This document shows positions 19,645 through 31,018 of a stretch of 64,000 nt of DNA, piece after piece. A program made the translations under genes and the position numbers. This stretch comes from an uncultured Acidobacteriota bacterium. GTDB lineage: Bacteria > Acidobacteriota > Terriglobia > UBA7540. A model generated the notes under the pieces. It was given only the letters and a program-made list of their open reading frames with translations. It did not search any database and was not told the DNA's origin. Within the stretch, counting starts at the first letter, position 1; the number at the start of each line of letters is the position of its first letter. Location of the stretch: contig CAWDSK010000001.1 in NCBI GenBank assembly GCA_963804995.1, forward strand, positions 128,001 to 192,000, in the 5' to 3' direction.

Positions 19645-20688
19645 ATGGAAAAGCAGCAGTTGGCCACCAACAGTCCGGCCTTAAACAAGAACGACTTGAT
19701 TGTCATCGCAGGAGCGGGCGGGTTTATTGCCGGCTCCCTCACGCGGTATTTCCACGAGCGTGGATTCACCCGGATTCGCGCCGTTGATAAGAAGCCCTTA
19801 CGCGAGTGGTATCAACATGTGCCGGGTGTGGAGAGCCTGTGCCTGGATCTGAGCGTGGAGAAGAACTGTGTTCGCGCCTGCGAAGGCGCTGTGGAAGTTT
19901 ACAACCTCGCCGCTGATATGGGTGGCATGGGCTTTATCGAGCGGTTCCGCATCGAGTGCTTGCGGAGCGTGTTGATTAATACCCACCTGATTGAGGCGGC
20001 TTGTCGCGCCGGGGCTGAGCGTTATTTCTATTCCTCCTCGGCTTGCGCTTACAACACGGAGCTGCAAAAGGATCCGAACGTTCGGGCGCTGAAGGAGTCG
20101 GATGCCTACCCGGCCATGGCTGAACGCGGCTACGGGTGGGAAAAGCTCTTCTCCGAAATGGTCTGCCAGGAATATTGGGCAGAGCGTGGAATGAAGACCT
20201 TCATGGCGCGCTTCCACAACGTCTACGGTCCGCACGGCACCTGGGACGGGGGCCGGGAGAAAGCGCCGGCGGCGCTTTGCCGCAAGGTGATCGAGGCCAA
20301 GGACAAAGGGCAAAAGGAAATCATGATCTGGGGTGATGGCACCGCCACCCGCAGTTTCATGTATATCGACAACTGCCTGAAGGGCATCGACATGATCACC
20401 CACTTCGAGGGCCTGATTGCCACGCCCATCAACTTGGGCTCCAGCGAGTTGGTCAGTGTTAACGAATTGGTGGACATTGTAGAGGATATCAGCGGGACCA
20501 AGCTTCACCGCAACTACGATCTCACCGCGCCGCGTGGCGTGGCCGGCCGCAACAGCGACAACACCATGATTCAGAGCATCCTCCATTGGGAACCGCGCAC
20601 CCCGCTGCGGGAGGGAATGGCCAAAACCTACGCCTGGATCGAGCAGCAGTACGCGGACCGCAAAGCCGGCAAGCGGACGGTCAACTAG
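19645..20688 (+). CDS. NAD-dependent epimerase (GDP-mannose 3,5-epimerase-like)
   Basis: [33 protein letters not shown]. Confidence 0.9.
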   Translation: MEKQQLATNSPALNKNDLIVIAGAGGFIAGSLTRYFHERGFTRIRAVDKKPLREWYQHVPGVESLCLDLSVEKNCVRACEGAVEVYNLAADMGGMGFIERFRIECLRSVLINTHLIEAACRAGAERYFYSSSACAYNTELQKDPNVRALKESDAYPAMAERGYGWEKLFSEMVCQEYWAERGMKTFMARFHNVYGPHGTWDGGREKAPAALCRKVIEAKDKGQKEIMIWGDGTATRSFMYIDNCLKGIDMITHFEGLIATPINLGSSELVSVNELVDIVEDISGTKLHRNYDLTAPRGVAGRNSDNTMIQSILHWEPRTPLREGMAKTYAWIEQQYADRKAGKRTVN

Positions 20689-20720
20689 CACTGGGCATGA
20701 CCTCCGGCGGGGGAAACCCT

Positions 20721-21680
20721 ATGGCGAAGAATTTCAAAGACCTTTCGGAGCGGGAAATCCTGGCCTTGGCCATCACGCTGGAGGAAGAAGACTCCCGGGT
20801 CTACAGTGACTTTGCCGATGGGCTGCGCGAATCCTATCCCGCCACGGCTAAGATGTTTGAGGAGATGCAGGCAGAGGAATCCGGACACCGGCGCAGCTTG
20901 ATTGAAACTTTCCGCGAGCGTTTCGGCGAACACATTCCGCTCATCCGCCGGCAGGACGTTAAAGGGTTCGTCAACCACAAGCCGGTTTGGCTGGTGCGGC
21001 CGTTGGGAATTGACACGGTGCGCAAGCAGGCGGAAATCATGGAACTCGAGACGCGGCGCTTTTACGAACACGCCATTGAGAAGGTGACCGACGCGTCGGT
21101 GCGCAAGTTGCTGGGCGACCTCGCCGAAGTGGAGCGCAAGCATTCGGCGATGGCCGAGTCTCTGGAAGAAAAGCTCCTGACGCCGGAGACACGCAGCCAG
21201 GAAGAGGCCGCGAGTCGGCGCTTGTTTGTTTTGCAGATTATCCAGCCGGGTCTGGCCGGGCTGATGGATGGCTCGGTGTCCACGCTGGCCCCGGTCTTCG
21301 CAGCGGCTTTCGCAACGCGCAGCAGCCCCGACGCCTTTCTGGTCGGCCTGGCGGCTTCAGTGGGAGCAGGCATCTCGATGGGTTTCGCCGAAGCCTTGTC
21401 CGACGATGGCTCGCTCACCGGACGCGGGCATCCCTGGGTACGCGGAGCGGTTTGCGGGTTAATGACCGCGGCCGGAGGCATTGGCCACACCCTGCCGTTT
21501 CTGATCCGGGATTTCCGCCTCGCCATGACCGCTGCAGTCGTCGTCGTGGCGGTGGAACTTGGGGCCATCAGTTACATCCGGCACCGTTACATGGACACGC
21601 CCTTTCTTTCCGCGGCGTTTCAGGTGATGGTGGGCGGTGTGCTGGTTTTTCTAACGGGAATTCTGATTGGGAGTTCGTGA
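20721..21680 (+). CDS. mbfA: Iron exporter MbfA (rubrerythrin + VIT1 domains)
   Basis: [46 protein letters not shown]. Confidence 0.9.
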   Translation: MAKNFKDLSEREILALAITLEEEDSRVYSDFADGLRESYPATAKMFEEMQAEESGHRRSLIETFRERFGEHIPLIRRQDVKGFVNHKPVWLVRPLGIDTVRKQAEIMELETRRFYEHAIEKVTDASVRKLLGDLAEVERKHSAMAESLEEKLLTPETRSQEEAASRRLFVLQIIQPGLAGLMDGSVSTLAPVFAAAFATRSSPDAFLVGLAASVGAGISMGFAEALSDDGSLTGRGHPWVRGAVCGLMTAAGGIGHTLPFLIRDFRLAMTAAVVVVAVELGAISYIRHRYMDTPFLSAAFQVMVGGVLVFLTGILIGSS

Positions 21681-21725
21681 GGCTGCCGGTGCCTCCGCGA
21701 GCAACCCCGAAAGGACAAGCAACTC

Positions 21726-22187
21726 ATGCGACTCGTATTGGGTGCGGATCACGCCGGGTACGAGATGAAACAGGAATTGGCAGAATACCTACGTGGCTTG
21801 GGCCATGAGGTCGTAGACGTTGGCACCAACAGCACCGTGGCGGTGGATTACCCGGATTACGCACAGGCAGTCGGAGATGCGGTGCTGGACGGTCGCGCCG
21901 AGCGCGGCGTGCTGATTTGTGGGAGCGGCGTGGGCGCGTGCGTAGCAGTAAATAAGATCCCGGGTATCCGCGCCGGCCTCTGCCACGACACCTACTCTGC
22001 GCACCAGGGAGTCGAACACGACGACATGAATGTACTGGTGCTGGGTTCCCGTGTCATCGGGCCGGAATTGGCCAAGGAACTTGTTCGAGATTACCTGCGC
22101 GCTACCTTTTCCGGTGAGGAACGCCACGTCCGGCGGCTGGGAAAAGTTAAAGCGATCGAGGCCCGCTACTTACACAGCGTCCGTTGA
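21726..22187 (+). CDS. rpiB: Ribose-5-phosphate isomerase B
   Basis: GADHAG, DYPD, ICGSGVG, ERHVRRL. Confidence 0.93.
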   Translation: MRLVLGADHAGYEMKQELAEYLRGLGHEVVDVGTNSTVAVDYPDYAQAVGDAVLDGRAERGVLICGSGVGACVAVNKIPGIRAGLCHDTYSAHQGVEHDDMNVLVLGSRVIGPELAKELVRDYLRATFSGEERHVRRLGKVKAIEARYLHSVR

Positions 22188-22223
22188 AGACGACGCGTGA
22201 CTTCCGCGGGCCTTGGAGAAATT

Positions 22224-22625
22224 ATGAGTACGCCCCTCGAAACTCCGGATCAACAAGAAATTTGGCGGATCCTCCACCTCCTCAACCAGGCGTGGGTGAG
22301 CGGCAGCCCAGCGCAGATGACCAACCTTCTCCACCCTGACGTGGTGTTTGTGACCCCGGACTTCCAGAAGAGAATTCAAGGGCGAGAAGCCTGCATTGCG
22401 AGCTACCAGGATTTTTGCAACCGGGCGAAGATCCAAAGTTTCAGCAAATCCCAGCCCGCCATCGATGTGTGCGGCAACACTGCTGTGGTGATCTATCATT
22501 TCGAAATACGCTATGAAATCAAACAACAGGCTTTTCACGAGACAGGACGAGACCTGTTTGTCTTTGCCCGCGAGGGCGGCGAGTGGAAAGCCGTCTGGCG
22601 GACAATTCTGGGCATAGACAAGTGA
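22224..22625 (+). CDS. NTF2/SnoaL-like (DUF4440) protein
   Basis: Size and pattern: LNQAW...LLHPD...GREA...TAVV.Y...GRDLFVF...WKAVWR. Confidence 0.7.
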   Translation: MSTPLETPDQQEIWRILHLLNQAWVSGSPAQMTNLLHPDVVFVTPDFQKRIQGREACIASYQDFCNRAKIQSFSKSQPAIDVCGNTAVVIYHFEIRYEIKQQAFHETGRDLFVFAREGGEWKAVWRTILGIDK

Positions 22626-22702
22626 GTTGAATTTCCGGAATAGCCCTTGGGGAGTTTTCTCTCTTCTCCTGAGGGCATACCCGGATATGTGCGGAGGCGG
22701 TG

Positions 22703-23098
22703 ATGTCGAAGAAACCCGAATACACTCCCGAACATGCTCGGGGAGGCGTCGGTGTCGAACTGCCTGAGATCGAGACCTGGCCGAACCAATACGTCGGGTA
22801 CGAGATCACCATCACCATTCCTGAATACACCTCCATCTGCCCGCGCACCGGTCTGCCGGATTTCGGAACGATCACCATCCATTACCTTCCCAACAAGCTG
22901 TGCCTGGAACTGAAATCGCTGAAATACTACATCCTTGCCTATCGCAATCTCGGGATCTTTTACGAAAACGCCGTCAACCGGATTCTGGATGACGTGGGGC
23001 ACGCGTGCCATCCAAAGTGGGCAGTCGTGAAAGGCGAGTTCACCACGCGCGGCGGCATGCACACCATGGTAGAGGCCCGTTACCCGCGCAGGAAATAA
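22703..23098 (+). CDS. queF: preQ0 reductase (preQ1 synthase)
   Basis: PEYTSICPRTGLPDFG, ELKSLKYY, RGG. Confidence 0.93.
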   Translation: MSKKPEYTPEHARGGVGVELPEIETWPNQYVGYEITITIPEYTSICPRTGLPDFGTITIHYLPNKLCLELKSLKYYILAYRNLGIFYENAVNRILDDVGHACHPKWAVVKGEFTTRGGMHTMVEARYPRRK

Positions 23099-23225
23099 CG
23101 GCGATCCTAAATCCAGCTTATTCATATCGCGGTCGATGCGATTGGGAGTGATCTGAACCGCTGGCGGCCTGCGACCTCCCCCAACTTGTGTTACTCTACA
23201 CGGCCCGACCTCGCTTATGTAACCG

Positions 23226-25007
23226 ATGAAGACTTGCCCCACGTGTCACTCAATCTATCCCACCCATTTTGCGGTCTGCCCGCGTGACGCCGCACCGCTC
23301 ATCGAAGCCGAGGGCTGGGCAGAGGGCACGGTCGTGCGGGGAAAGTATCGCATCCTCGGCAAGATCGGCCAGGGTGGCATGGGCGCCGTATACAAAGCCC
23401 TCCACGTGAAGTTCGACCAGTTACGCGCCCTCAAGGTCATGAGCCGGGATTTGGCCGCCGACCCGGATTTCGTAAAGCGCTTCGAGCGCAAAGCCGTCCT
23501 CATGAGCAAGCTGCAGCATCCCAACGTGGTGCGCGTGGACGACATTGACGAATCAGAAGATGGCTGCCCGTTCATCGTCATGGAATTCGTTGAGGGCCGA
23601 AGCCTGCGGCAAGTTGTCCAGCAGGAGGGCCCGCTCGTGCCGCTGCGTGTTTGCGCGATCGCCAGGCAGGCAGCATCGGGGCTTGAGGCAGCTCACCTTC
23701 TCGGGATGGTGCATCGCGACGTTAAACCCGAAAACATTGTGCTGCTTGACTCCTCCGAGGGCGAGAGGGCCAAGGTCCTGGACTTTGGCATCGCCAAACT
23801 CAAGGAGGCTCGCGCCGGCGAAGGGCTGCGCACGTCGACGGGGGTCATCATCGGCACGCCGCAGTATCTGTCGCCCGAACAGGCCATGGGGAAACGCAGC
23901 GAAGAATTGGACGGCCGCTCGGACCTCTATTCCCTCGGCCTGGTCATGTATCAGATGCTCACGCGCGAGTTGCCTTTTCAAGCTGACTCCGCCGTGGGCT
24001 GGATGTTGGCACGGCTCAATGAACCACCTCGACCGATTCAGTTGGCACGCCCGGATTTGGCTATCCCCGAAGGGCTTGCCGCCTTGGTAATGCGCTGCCT
24101 GGAAAAAGACCGGGACTTGCGGCCAGCCAGTGCTCGGGAGTTAATTGGCGAGATCGAGCGCGTGGAACTGGAAATCCACAAACCCGCCAAACCGGTGCCG
24201 CATCCTCGGCCCACCGTACCAGCTCCAATCCCGCCGCGCCCCGAGTCTGCTAAGGTTGTGAAGCCTTCGCCTGAAACGGCTCCAAGGGCAATCTCAACAT
24301 CACGATGGGCACGAGGCTGGAGATTCTGGGTCGGGCTCACGGCTATCGTGCTCGCGCCCGTAGTCCTGTGGCCGGTTCTTGATCTCACACCCTACACAAG
24401 CCCGCGGGAGTCATTCCCCGCCTACGTGGTGGCTTTAATCGCCCTCATCGGTGGCGGCGGCTGGTGTCTCCTGACGCGCCTGCACTGGGCATTCCGCTTG
24501 ACCGCCTTACTTCCGCTCGGATTATTCGCGTTGGTCCTTTCGGCACGGGTCTCCAATATCTACACTTTGAATAATTCTCCCGGGAGTTTCCGGCCGACGG
24601 ATCCCGCCAGGATTTACCCCATCGCAGAGTTGAAGCAGACCAACCGCAGCCCCATCGAGACTCTGCCAGCTACTCGTGGAGTTGACCAGACCGGACAGGC
24701 CAGTTTCAAACTCGTCTTACAGAACATTTCCACTGACGCCCTGGTGACGGACTGGAAAGCCGACGTGCTTTACTTCGACGACCAAGGGAAATTCCTGAGC
24801 GAATCCTCACCCGTAAATCAAACGCCGATACCAATGGAACCCGGAAAGTCGTACCCTCTGCAGCTCACGGGTGGTGATCTGGGCAAAGCAAAGACGGTCA
24901 AGATGGTCTTCAAAGAGGTGGACTACGATGTAAGGGGGACCGAAGAAAAGGGCCCCTGGATCAATCCTCACTTTCAGGAGGATATCGAGAAAGCCAAGCA
25001 ACCCTGA
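23226..25007 (+). CDS. Hanks-type Ser/Thr protein kinase with transmembrane segments and a C-terminal domain
   Basis: GQGGMG, ALK, HRDVKPEN, DFG, GTPQYLSPE; Zn-ribbon N-terminus; Pro-rich linker; 3 hydrophobic segments. Confidence 0.92.
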   Translation: MKTCPTCHSIYPTHFAVCPRDAAPLIEAEGWAEGTVVRGKYRILGKIGQGGMGAVYKALHVKFDQLRALKVMSRDLAADPDFVKRFERKAVLMSKLQHPNVVRVDDIDESEDGCPFIVMEFVEGRSLRQVVQQEGPLVPLRVCAIARQAASGLEAAHLLGMVHRDVKPENIVLLDSSEGERAKVLDFGIAKLKEARAGEGLRTSTGVIIGTPQYLSPEQAMGKRSEELDGRSDLYSLGLVMYQMLTRELPFQADSAVGWMLARLNEPPRPIQLARPDLAIPEGLAALVMRCLEKDRDLRPASARELIGEIERVELEIHKPAKPVPHPRPTVPAPIPPRPESAKVVKPSPETAPRAISTSRWARGWRFWVGLTAIVLAPVVLWPVLDLTPYTSPRESFPAYVVALIALIGGGGWCLLTRLHWAFRLTALLPLGLFALVLSARVSNIYTLNNSPGSFRPTDPARIYPIAELKQTNRSPIETLPATRGVDQTGQASFKLVLQNISTDALVTDWKADVLYFDDQGKFLSESSPVNQTPIPMEPGKSYPLQLTGGDLGKAKTVKMVFKEVDYDVRGTEEKGPWINPHFQEDIEKAKQP

Positions 25008-25080
25008 GTCGGGGGAGCCGTAGCCGAGTTCTCACATCACCACCCGAAGGCCGGTCGGGAAGAGCGGTCGCCAGAACCGA

Positions 25081-25608
25081 TCACGAATTCTGGATGTCCT
25101 CCAAGCCATCCTGCCACAGGTCAGCGGTCATTTGCGGCGTTTCAATGGGGATCGCCCGGCCCTTGATTGACTCCTGAAGCGCCACGCTGTATTTCACACG
25201 GGTCTTCGGCGCGAACGGATCGCACAGCTCGGTGGCGATTTGGCGGAAGGCCGCGGAGAGATCGTATTCGTCCCCCGGTTCCGGATTAATGGGCGTCCCG
25301 GCGGCGACTCCTGCATCGGCGCGCGCCGCGTGGCCATCGTCTCGCACGGCGTTGACTTCTACGCGATCGAGCTTTGACATGGCGGGTCCCTTGCACATCA
25401 CGCGCAGCTTGGGGAAGTCGGTTTTGGCTCCGGGATGCCGCGCCAGCTTCACCACCGTCTGAATCCGCGTGGTAACGGTGCGGGTCTTTGCGGGAGGTTG
25501 CTCGTCCGAATTGTCTCGCATCCCTCTCCGCTTCATAACCAGTATGGTGAGGACCGCTATAACACCGAGCATGATGATCAACTGCATGTTGTGGTCGTGT
25601 GGGTTCAT
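25081..25608 (-). CDS. Hypothetical membrane-anchored protein
   Basis: 175 aa ORF with an N-terminal hydrophobic helix, filling the gap. Confidence 0.55.
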   Translation of the reverse strand: MNPHDHNMQLIIMLGVIAVLTILVMKRRGMRDNSDEQPPAKTRTVTTRIQTVVKLARHPGAKTDFPKLRVMCKGPAMSKLDRVEVNAVRDDGHAARADAGVAAGTPINPEPGDEYDLSAAFRQIATELCDPFAPKTRVKYSVALQESIKGRAIPIETPQMTADLWQDGLEDIQNS

Positions 25609-25822
25609 GCGCGCAGTCTAGCAACCGCAGGCAAGCGATGCAAGGCAGTCGCGGTAGCTCTCCGCCCGCTTGTGGCGTGCTTTCGTGCCTCCCTCCAAGA
25701 TGACAGCACAATAAATCTTATTACGAGCTTATGACAGTTGTAATATCCCGGAAGCATTTCGCCTGCTAGACTTCCAATGATGGGCCGCAATTCTCTTAAA
25801 TAAATGCCCAAGGGAGGCTGCC

Positions 25823-28222
25823 ATGGGTACTTCGTCAAATCGTCCTGCGTCTTCTGAAATCCCCGCCAACATCCTTTCTCAGGAGGAGGCCCGCAAGATG
25901 CACGCTTACTGGCGGGCGGCGAATTATCTTTCGGTCGGGCAGATTTACCTGATGGACAACCCTCTGCTGAAGACCCCGCTCAGAATCGAACACGTCAAGC
26001 CGCGCCTTTTGGGCCATTGGGGAACGACGCCGGGCCTGAACTTCATCTATGTGCATCTGAACCGGGTCATCCGGAAGTATGACCTGAATATGATTTACAT
26101 TGCCGGTCCCGGGCACGGCGGGCCGGGCCTGGTGGCGAACACATATCTGGAGGGCACCTACAGCGAGGTCTACCCGAACATCCCGCAAAGCGCCGCGGGC
26201 ATCCAGCGGCTGTTCAAACAGTTCTCGTTTCCGGGCGGCATCCCCAGCCACGTGGCGCCGGAGACTCCCGGCTCGATTCACGAGGGCGGGGAGCTGGGCT
26301 ATTCGGTTGCGCACGCTTACGGCGCGGTATTTGACAACCCGGACCTGATTGCCGCCTGCGTGGTGGGTGACGGCGAAGCGGAAACGGGTCCGCTCGCAGC
26401 CAGTTGGCATTCCAACAAGTTCCTGAACCCCGCGCGCGACGGCGCCGTCCTGCCCATTCTGCATCTGAACGGATACAAGATCGCAAACCCCACGGTGCTG
26501 GCTCGCATCGGGAACCAGGAGCTGGCGGAACTTTTCCGCGGCTACGGCTACCACCCGTTTTTCGTGGAAGGCGACGAGCCCGGGAAGATGCACCAACTCA
26601 TGGCCGGAACGCTGGAGGCGGTGCTGGCGGAGATTCGATCCCTTCAGCAGGACGCGCGCTCGAAGGGTTTCCGCACCCGGCCACGCTGGCCGATGATCAT
26701 CCTGCGAACGCCCAAAGGCTGGACGGGGCCGAAGACCGTGGACGGCAAACCGGTGGAAGGCTCCTTCCGTTCGCACCAAGTGCCGCTGGCGGATCTGCCC
26801 ACTCACCCCGACCGGTTGAAGATGCTGGAAGAGTGGATGAAGAGCTACAAATCCGAAGAGCTCTTCGACCCGGACGGCAAGCTGCTGCCGGAACTTGCTG
26901 AACTTGCGCCGCAGGGCTCCCGCCGCATGGGCGCCAATCCCCACGCGAACGGCGGCTTGCTGCTGCGTGACCTCATCATGCCGGACTTCTGCGACTATGC
27001 CGTGGAGGTCTCGAAACCTGGCCGCGTGGAAGCCGAGGCGACGCGCGTCATGGGAGTTTTTCTGCGGGATGTGATGAAGCTGAACGCCGAGAGCCGCAAT
27101 TTCCGGGTCGTGGGCCCGGATGAAACCGCCTCCAATCGCCTGGGCGCGCTGCTGGAAGTCACTAACCGCGTTTGGACGGCGGAAATCCTGCCTACGGACG
27201 ACCACCTGTCCCCCGACGGCCGCGTCATGGAAGTGCTGAGCGAGCATCTGTGCCAGGGCTGGCTGGAAGGTTACCTGCTCACCGGGCGGCACGGCCTTTT
27301 CTCCTGTTACGAGGCATTCATACACATCATCGATTCCATGTTCAACCAGCACGCCAAGTGGCTGAAGGTGACACGGCACATCCCCTGGCGGCGGCCCATC
27401 GCCTCGCTGAACTATCTGCTCACCTCGCACGTCTGGCGGCAGGACCACAACGGCTTCAGCCATCAGGACCCGGGGTTCATTGACCACGTCGTGAACAAGA
27501 AGGCGGATATCGTGCGTGTCTATCTGCCCCCCGATGCCAATACGCTGCTCTCGGTCACGGACCACTGCCTGCGCAGCCGCCATTACGTTAACGTGATCGT
27601 GGCGGGCAAGCAGCCGGCCTTGCAGTGGCTCTCCATGGACGCCGCCATCGCCCACTGCACGGCGGGCATCGGCATCTGGGATTGGGCCTCGAACGACGAA
27701 GGCTCGGAACCAGACGTGGTAATGGCCTGCGCGGGCGACGTTCCTACGCTCGAAACGCTGGCCGCAGTGGCCCAACTGCGCCACGACATTCCGGACCTGA
27801 AAATTCGCGTCATCAACGCGGTCGACCTGATGACCTTGCAGCCCGCGAGCGAGCATCCGCACGGGCTTTCCGACCGCGACTTCGATTCGCTGTTCACTTC
27901 CGACAAGCCCATCGTCTTCGCGTTTCACGGCTACCCGTGGCTGATCCATCGGCTTACCTATCGACGCGCCAATCACGCGAACCTGCACGTGCGCGGCTAC
28001 AAGGAAGAAGGTACCACCACCACACCCTTCGATATGGCCGTGCTCAATGAGATCGACCGCTTCCACCTGGCCAGCAACGTCATCGACCGCGTGCCGCGCT
28101 TGCAGAACGTGGCCGCGCTCGCCAAACAGCGCCTGCGCCTTAAGCTGATCGAGCATAAACGGTACATCGAGCGCGTGGGCGAAGACATGCCGGAAATCCG
28201 CGATTGGAAATGGCCGCTTTAA
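25823..28222 (+). CDS. xfp: Xylulose-5P/fructose-6P phosphoketolase
   Basis: [54 protein letters not shown]. Confidence 0.97.
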   Translation: MGTSSNRPASSEIPANILSQEEARKMHAYWRAANYLSVGQIYLMDNPLLKTPLRIEHVKPRLLGHWGTTPGLNFIYVHLNRVIRKYDLNMIYIAGPGHGGPGLVANTYLEGTYSEVYPNIPQSAAGIQRLFKQFSFPGGIPSHVAPETPGSIHEGGELGYSVAHAYGAVFDNPDLIAACVVGDGEAETGPLAASWHSNKFLNPARDGAVLPILHLNGYKIANPTVLARIGNQELAELFRGYGYHPFFVEGDEPGKMHQLMAGTLEAVLAEIRSLQQDARSKGFRTRPRWPMIILRTPKGWTGPKTVDGKPVEGSFRSHQVPLADLPTHPDRLKMLEEWMKSYKSEELFDPDGKLLPELAELAPQGSRRMGANPHANGGLLLRDLIMPDFCDYAVEVSKPGRVEAEATRVMGVFLRDVMKLNAESRNFRVVGPDETASNRLGALLEVTNRVWTAEILPTDDHLSPDGRVMEVLSEHLCQGWLEGYLLTGRHGLFSCYEAFIHIIDSMFNQHAKWLKVTRHIPWRRPIASLNYLLTSHVWRQDHNGFSHQDPGFIDHVVNKKADIVRVYLPPDANTLLSVTDHCLRSRHYVNVIVAGKQPALQWLSMDAAIAHCTAGIGIWDWASNDEGSEPDVVMACAGDVPTLETLAAVAQLRHDIPDLKIRVINAVDLMTLQPASEHPHGLSDRDFDSLFTSDKPIVFAFHGYPWLIHRLTYRRANHANLHVRGYKEEGTTTTPFDMAVLNEIDRFHLASNVIDRVPRLQNVAALAKQRLRLKLIEHKRYIERVGEDMPEIRDWKWPL

Positions 28223-28244
28223 GGAATCGGGGCAACGCTTCATC

Positions 28245-30300
28245 GGATGATCGGGTGATCCGGCGATCGGGTGATTCGGCGATTGAGTCAGCGGGCCATG
28301 GATTGATTGGTAATATGAAATCTGCGATTTGTGATTTGCGATTCGAAACGTCAGCATTTGATTCATCTTCTCACCTGAGCCGGCCGATAACCGAAGCGGG
28401 GGAGTGTGGGCCGGCGGGGGCTAGCGATCGGTTGATCCGGAGATCGGGCGATCGTTTCATCAGCCCAAGGCGAAAATTCATAGCCCTCTCCGAGGGGAGA
28501 GGGTGGACCGCCGCCGGCGTTTTCACCAGCCGGGGCGGGACGGGTGAGGGGTCAAGCCGCTTGTCACGGGCCACTGAATTTGCCTCATCCCTGGCGTCGA
28601 ACCCGCCGATAACCGATATGGGGGAGTGTGTGCCGGCGGGGGCGAGCGATCGGGAGATCGGGTGATCGGGCCATCGGGTGATCGAATCTTTGGACAGGCG
28701 AATTGCTGCAAATCTCCGGTCGGCCGAATTGGGCTCATGTTCCTGTGCCATCCATCCGATTACCGATGTGGGTGAGTGTGTCACGGGCGCATGGCATTCG
28801 GTCGGCGGCGTTGGTCGCTCGCGGCGGGTCCCCCGCGCGGGCCGTCGCGCTGCCCGGTCCTTGCAGTGACAACCGGTGGCCGAGGCAGGGGGCTGTGGCG
28901 GGTCGGTTGGGGCAGCGGACATCACCGCTTTTGACGCCCCGTACAACGCCTATTGCACCTTCCGGCCTCACCCCGTTCATCGCGTCACCTGCTCTTGCCA
29001 GCCCCGTCTCCGATGGAGGGTCCCTCTTTTCTCTTTCCTCCGCACTTTCAATAACCCCCTTTATTTTCATAAACATCGTGGGTTAGCGACTATAACTAGC
29101 TTATTTTTCATAAACATCGTGGCATTAGTCAAAATGTCACTTCCTTCTTTCTTTGTTTTCAACAACATCGTGGGTTTAACCTTCATTTTTAATTCCCCCT
29201 TTTTCCTCACCCCATTTGCAACAGAATCGATTAACTCTCCTTATTTCAATGAGATAGAATTTTGCCAACTTTCTTCTCCTCTTCGCTAACCCCTTTTGCT
29301 TTCTATAACATCGTGGCTTAGGGGCCTGAGTAAATTTCCGCAGATTGAATTAGTCTTGTTGTTTCAATGAGTTACATTTTGAGAGTTTTTGCTCCTCTTC
29401 GCTAACTCCTTTTGTTATCTGAAACATCGTGGGATAGGGTGGTGAGCCAACCGGCTGCCGACGGGACGGAATCGATCTCGATCCTATCGGGACGCTGCCC
29501 TTTGGCGAGGTAAACTCGCCGCTACGCCCTCCGTTTGACCCACCACCTTCCGCCCGTCTGCGATGCCCCATCGAGGGTGCGGGATTGCCCAGCTCCAGGC
29601 CGATTGGTGAGCTCAGGTTCGTGTCCCAACCCGCCGATAACCGGAAGTGTTCGGGGAGGGCTCTAAAGGTCGGCGCTGGTTCGCCCCGAATTTCCGCATA
29701 ACCTGTGCATTTTCGGCCAACAATCCCGTTCGATTGTCGTCGATTGTCACAAAACTCCGGAATTTTCTGCAAAAAGGTCGAACAATAGCCTGACAAATTG
29801 TCACCCTCTCCTGTGTTTTCATACACATCCCCGGAGGTTCCTTCATTTTTAACATCTCTACGGATCAGCGCTCCCTTCCCGGACGTTTGTCGGCGTGTTG
29901 GAGAGGCATGGCAGACCCCCGGTTTTGGCGCCCGTGGCTCTTGGGTAGAGACTTCCGCGTGGACACATCATGGCGCTAAGCCTCCTCACCTCCATTGTGC
30001 GCTTCATTGACTGGGCTATGTCAATAGGCAATGTACACATTTGGGCTACCGGTAGCCCAAAAATGAAATAAATCAATCAAATTGCCCGAACGGAGGGCAG
30101 GGGGAGGAGCGAAGGATGCAGAAGATGGAGTCAGGAATTAGAAGGCAGAAGGCGGAAAGCCGGAAGCAGCGAGCGCCGTTTGCACGGCAAATCCAGCGTA
30201 AGCAATCTGCGGCATAATTTCCTTGCTCTCTTCGTGCCTTGGTGTCTTGGTGGTTCAATTTGCTATTACCACCAAGTCACCAAGACACCAAGAAAGCAGG
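28245..30300. repeat. About 2.1 kb non-coding nest of several repeat families between convergent genes
   Basis: gatcgggt and gatttgc tandem units, four CCGATAACC units, five AACATCGTGG units, a REP-like hairpin element, gaaggca and caccaaga units. Confidence 0.75.
28481..28553 (+). repeat. REP-like dispersed element (ccctctcc/ggagaggg family)
   Basis: Further copies near 45690-45763 (-), 45807-45877 (+), 60594-60687 (+), 60902-60975 (-). Confidence 0.85.
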
Positions 30301-30333
30301 GGACGAAGGCACCGGCAGGAAAAACGAAGTGCT

Positions 30334-31005
30334 TTAGGGTTTTGGGTTCGGGGTTTCACCGAACTTTTCGTGATAGACAAGAGCTCGCAGGGGGAGCTTG
30401 GGGACGGGCGCCGACAGCGTTTCCTCGCGGAAGCCGATGGGAAGTAGCGCTGCCACCAGGAAGTTATCCGGGACATGGAAATGGGTCTTGATTTTGTGTT
30501 CGTCGAATTCGGTTACCCAGTAGGCCGAAAGGTTGCACTCAGACGCTGCCAGCAGCATTTGATGAATGGCCACGAAGGTATTGGCAAGGGCCGTCCGATT
30601 CGCGACCTCGGGAGACGCCGAGTAGTATTCGCGCAGCTTGCGCAGGGTTTCGTGGGCCTCACCCTCCGTGATTTTCCGGCTCGCGATCATTTCCTGGAGG
30701 TGTTGGGACGCCGACTTCCAGGCCAAGGTATCGGCCAGGCAGATCAAGATGACGGGGGCGGAGCTGATGGGCGCTTTGATATAGGTGACATCCTCGAGCA
30801 GCTTCTTGGCGGATTCGCTGCGCACCACAATCCAACGCCAGGGCTGGAAGTTCCACTCCGAGGGCGACAGGCGAGCGATCTCGATGACGTGCTCCAGACA
30901 CGACTCAGGGATATCCAGCGCGCTAAAGCGTGTGAAGATTGGTCCCACACGCAGCGCGGGTTTGGCTGCGGCACCCTTGTCGCCCGGGCTGTCATGGTCT
31001 TGCAT
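30334..31005 (-). CDS. Nitroreductase-family protein
   Basis: ARLSPSEWNFQPWRWIVV, MLLAA, LLPIG. Confidence 0.88.
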   Translation of the reverse strand: MQDHDSPGDKGAAAKPALRVGPIFTRFSALDIPESCLEHVIEIARLSPSEWNFQPWRWIVVRSESAKKLLEDVTYIKAPISSAPVILICLADTLAWKSASQHLQEMIASRKITEGEAHETLRKLREYYSASPEVANRTALANTFVAIHQMLLAASECNLSAYWVTEFDEHKIKTHFHVPDNFLVAALLPIGFREETLSAPVPKLPLRALVYHEKFGETPNPKP

Positions 31006-31018
31006 AGGGTGACTCCAC

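Noticed and set aside
25835..28366. 843 aa ORF antisense to xfp (also 56113-57507, 51117-52598, 48734-49969, 31929-33137)
   Set aside because: Shadow frames of GC-rich genes with clear motifs on the other strand; no recognisable motifs of their own.
29055..29440. Possible CRISPR array
   Set aside because: The exact repeat is only 10 bp, spacing is irregular (41-143 bp), and no cas genes are present.
28204..30491. Short ORFs in the repeat nest
   Set aside because: They are translations of repeats, overlap on both strands, and have no RBS or domain evidence.
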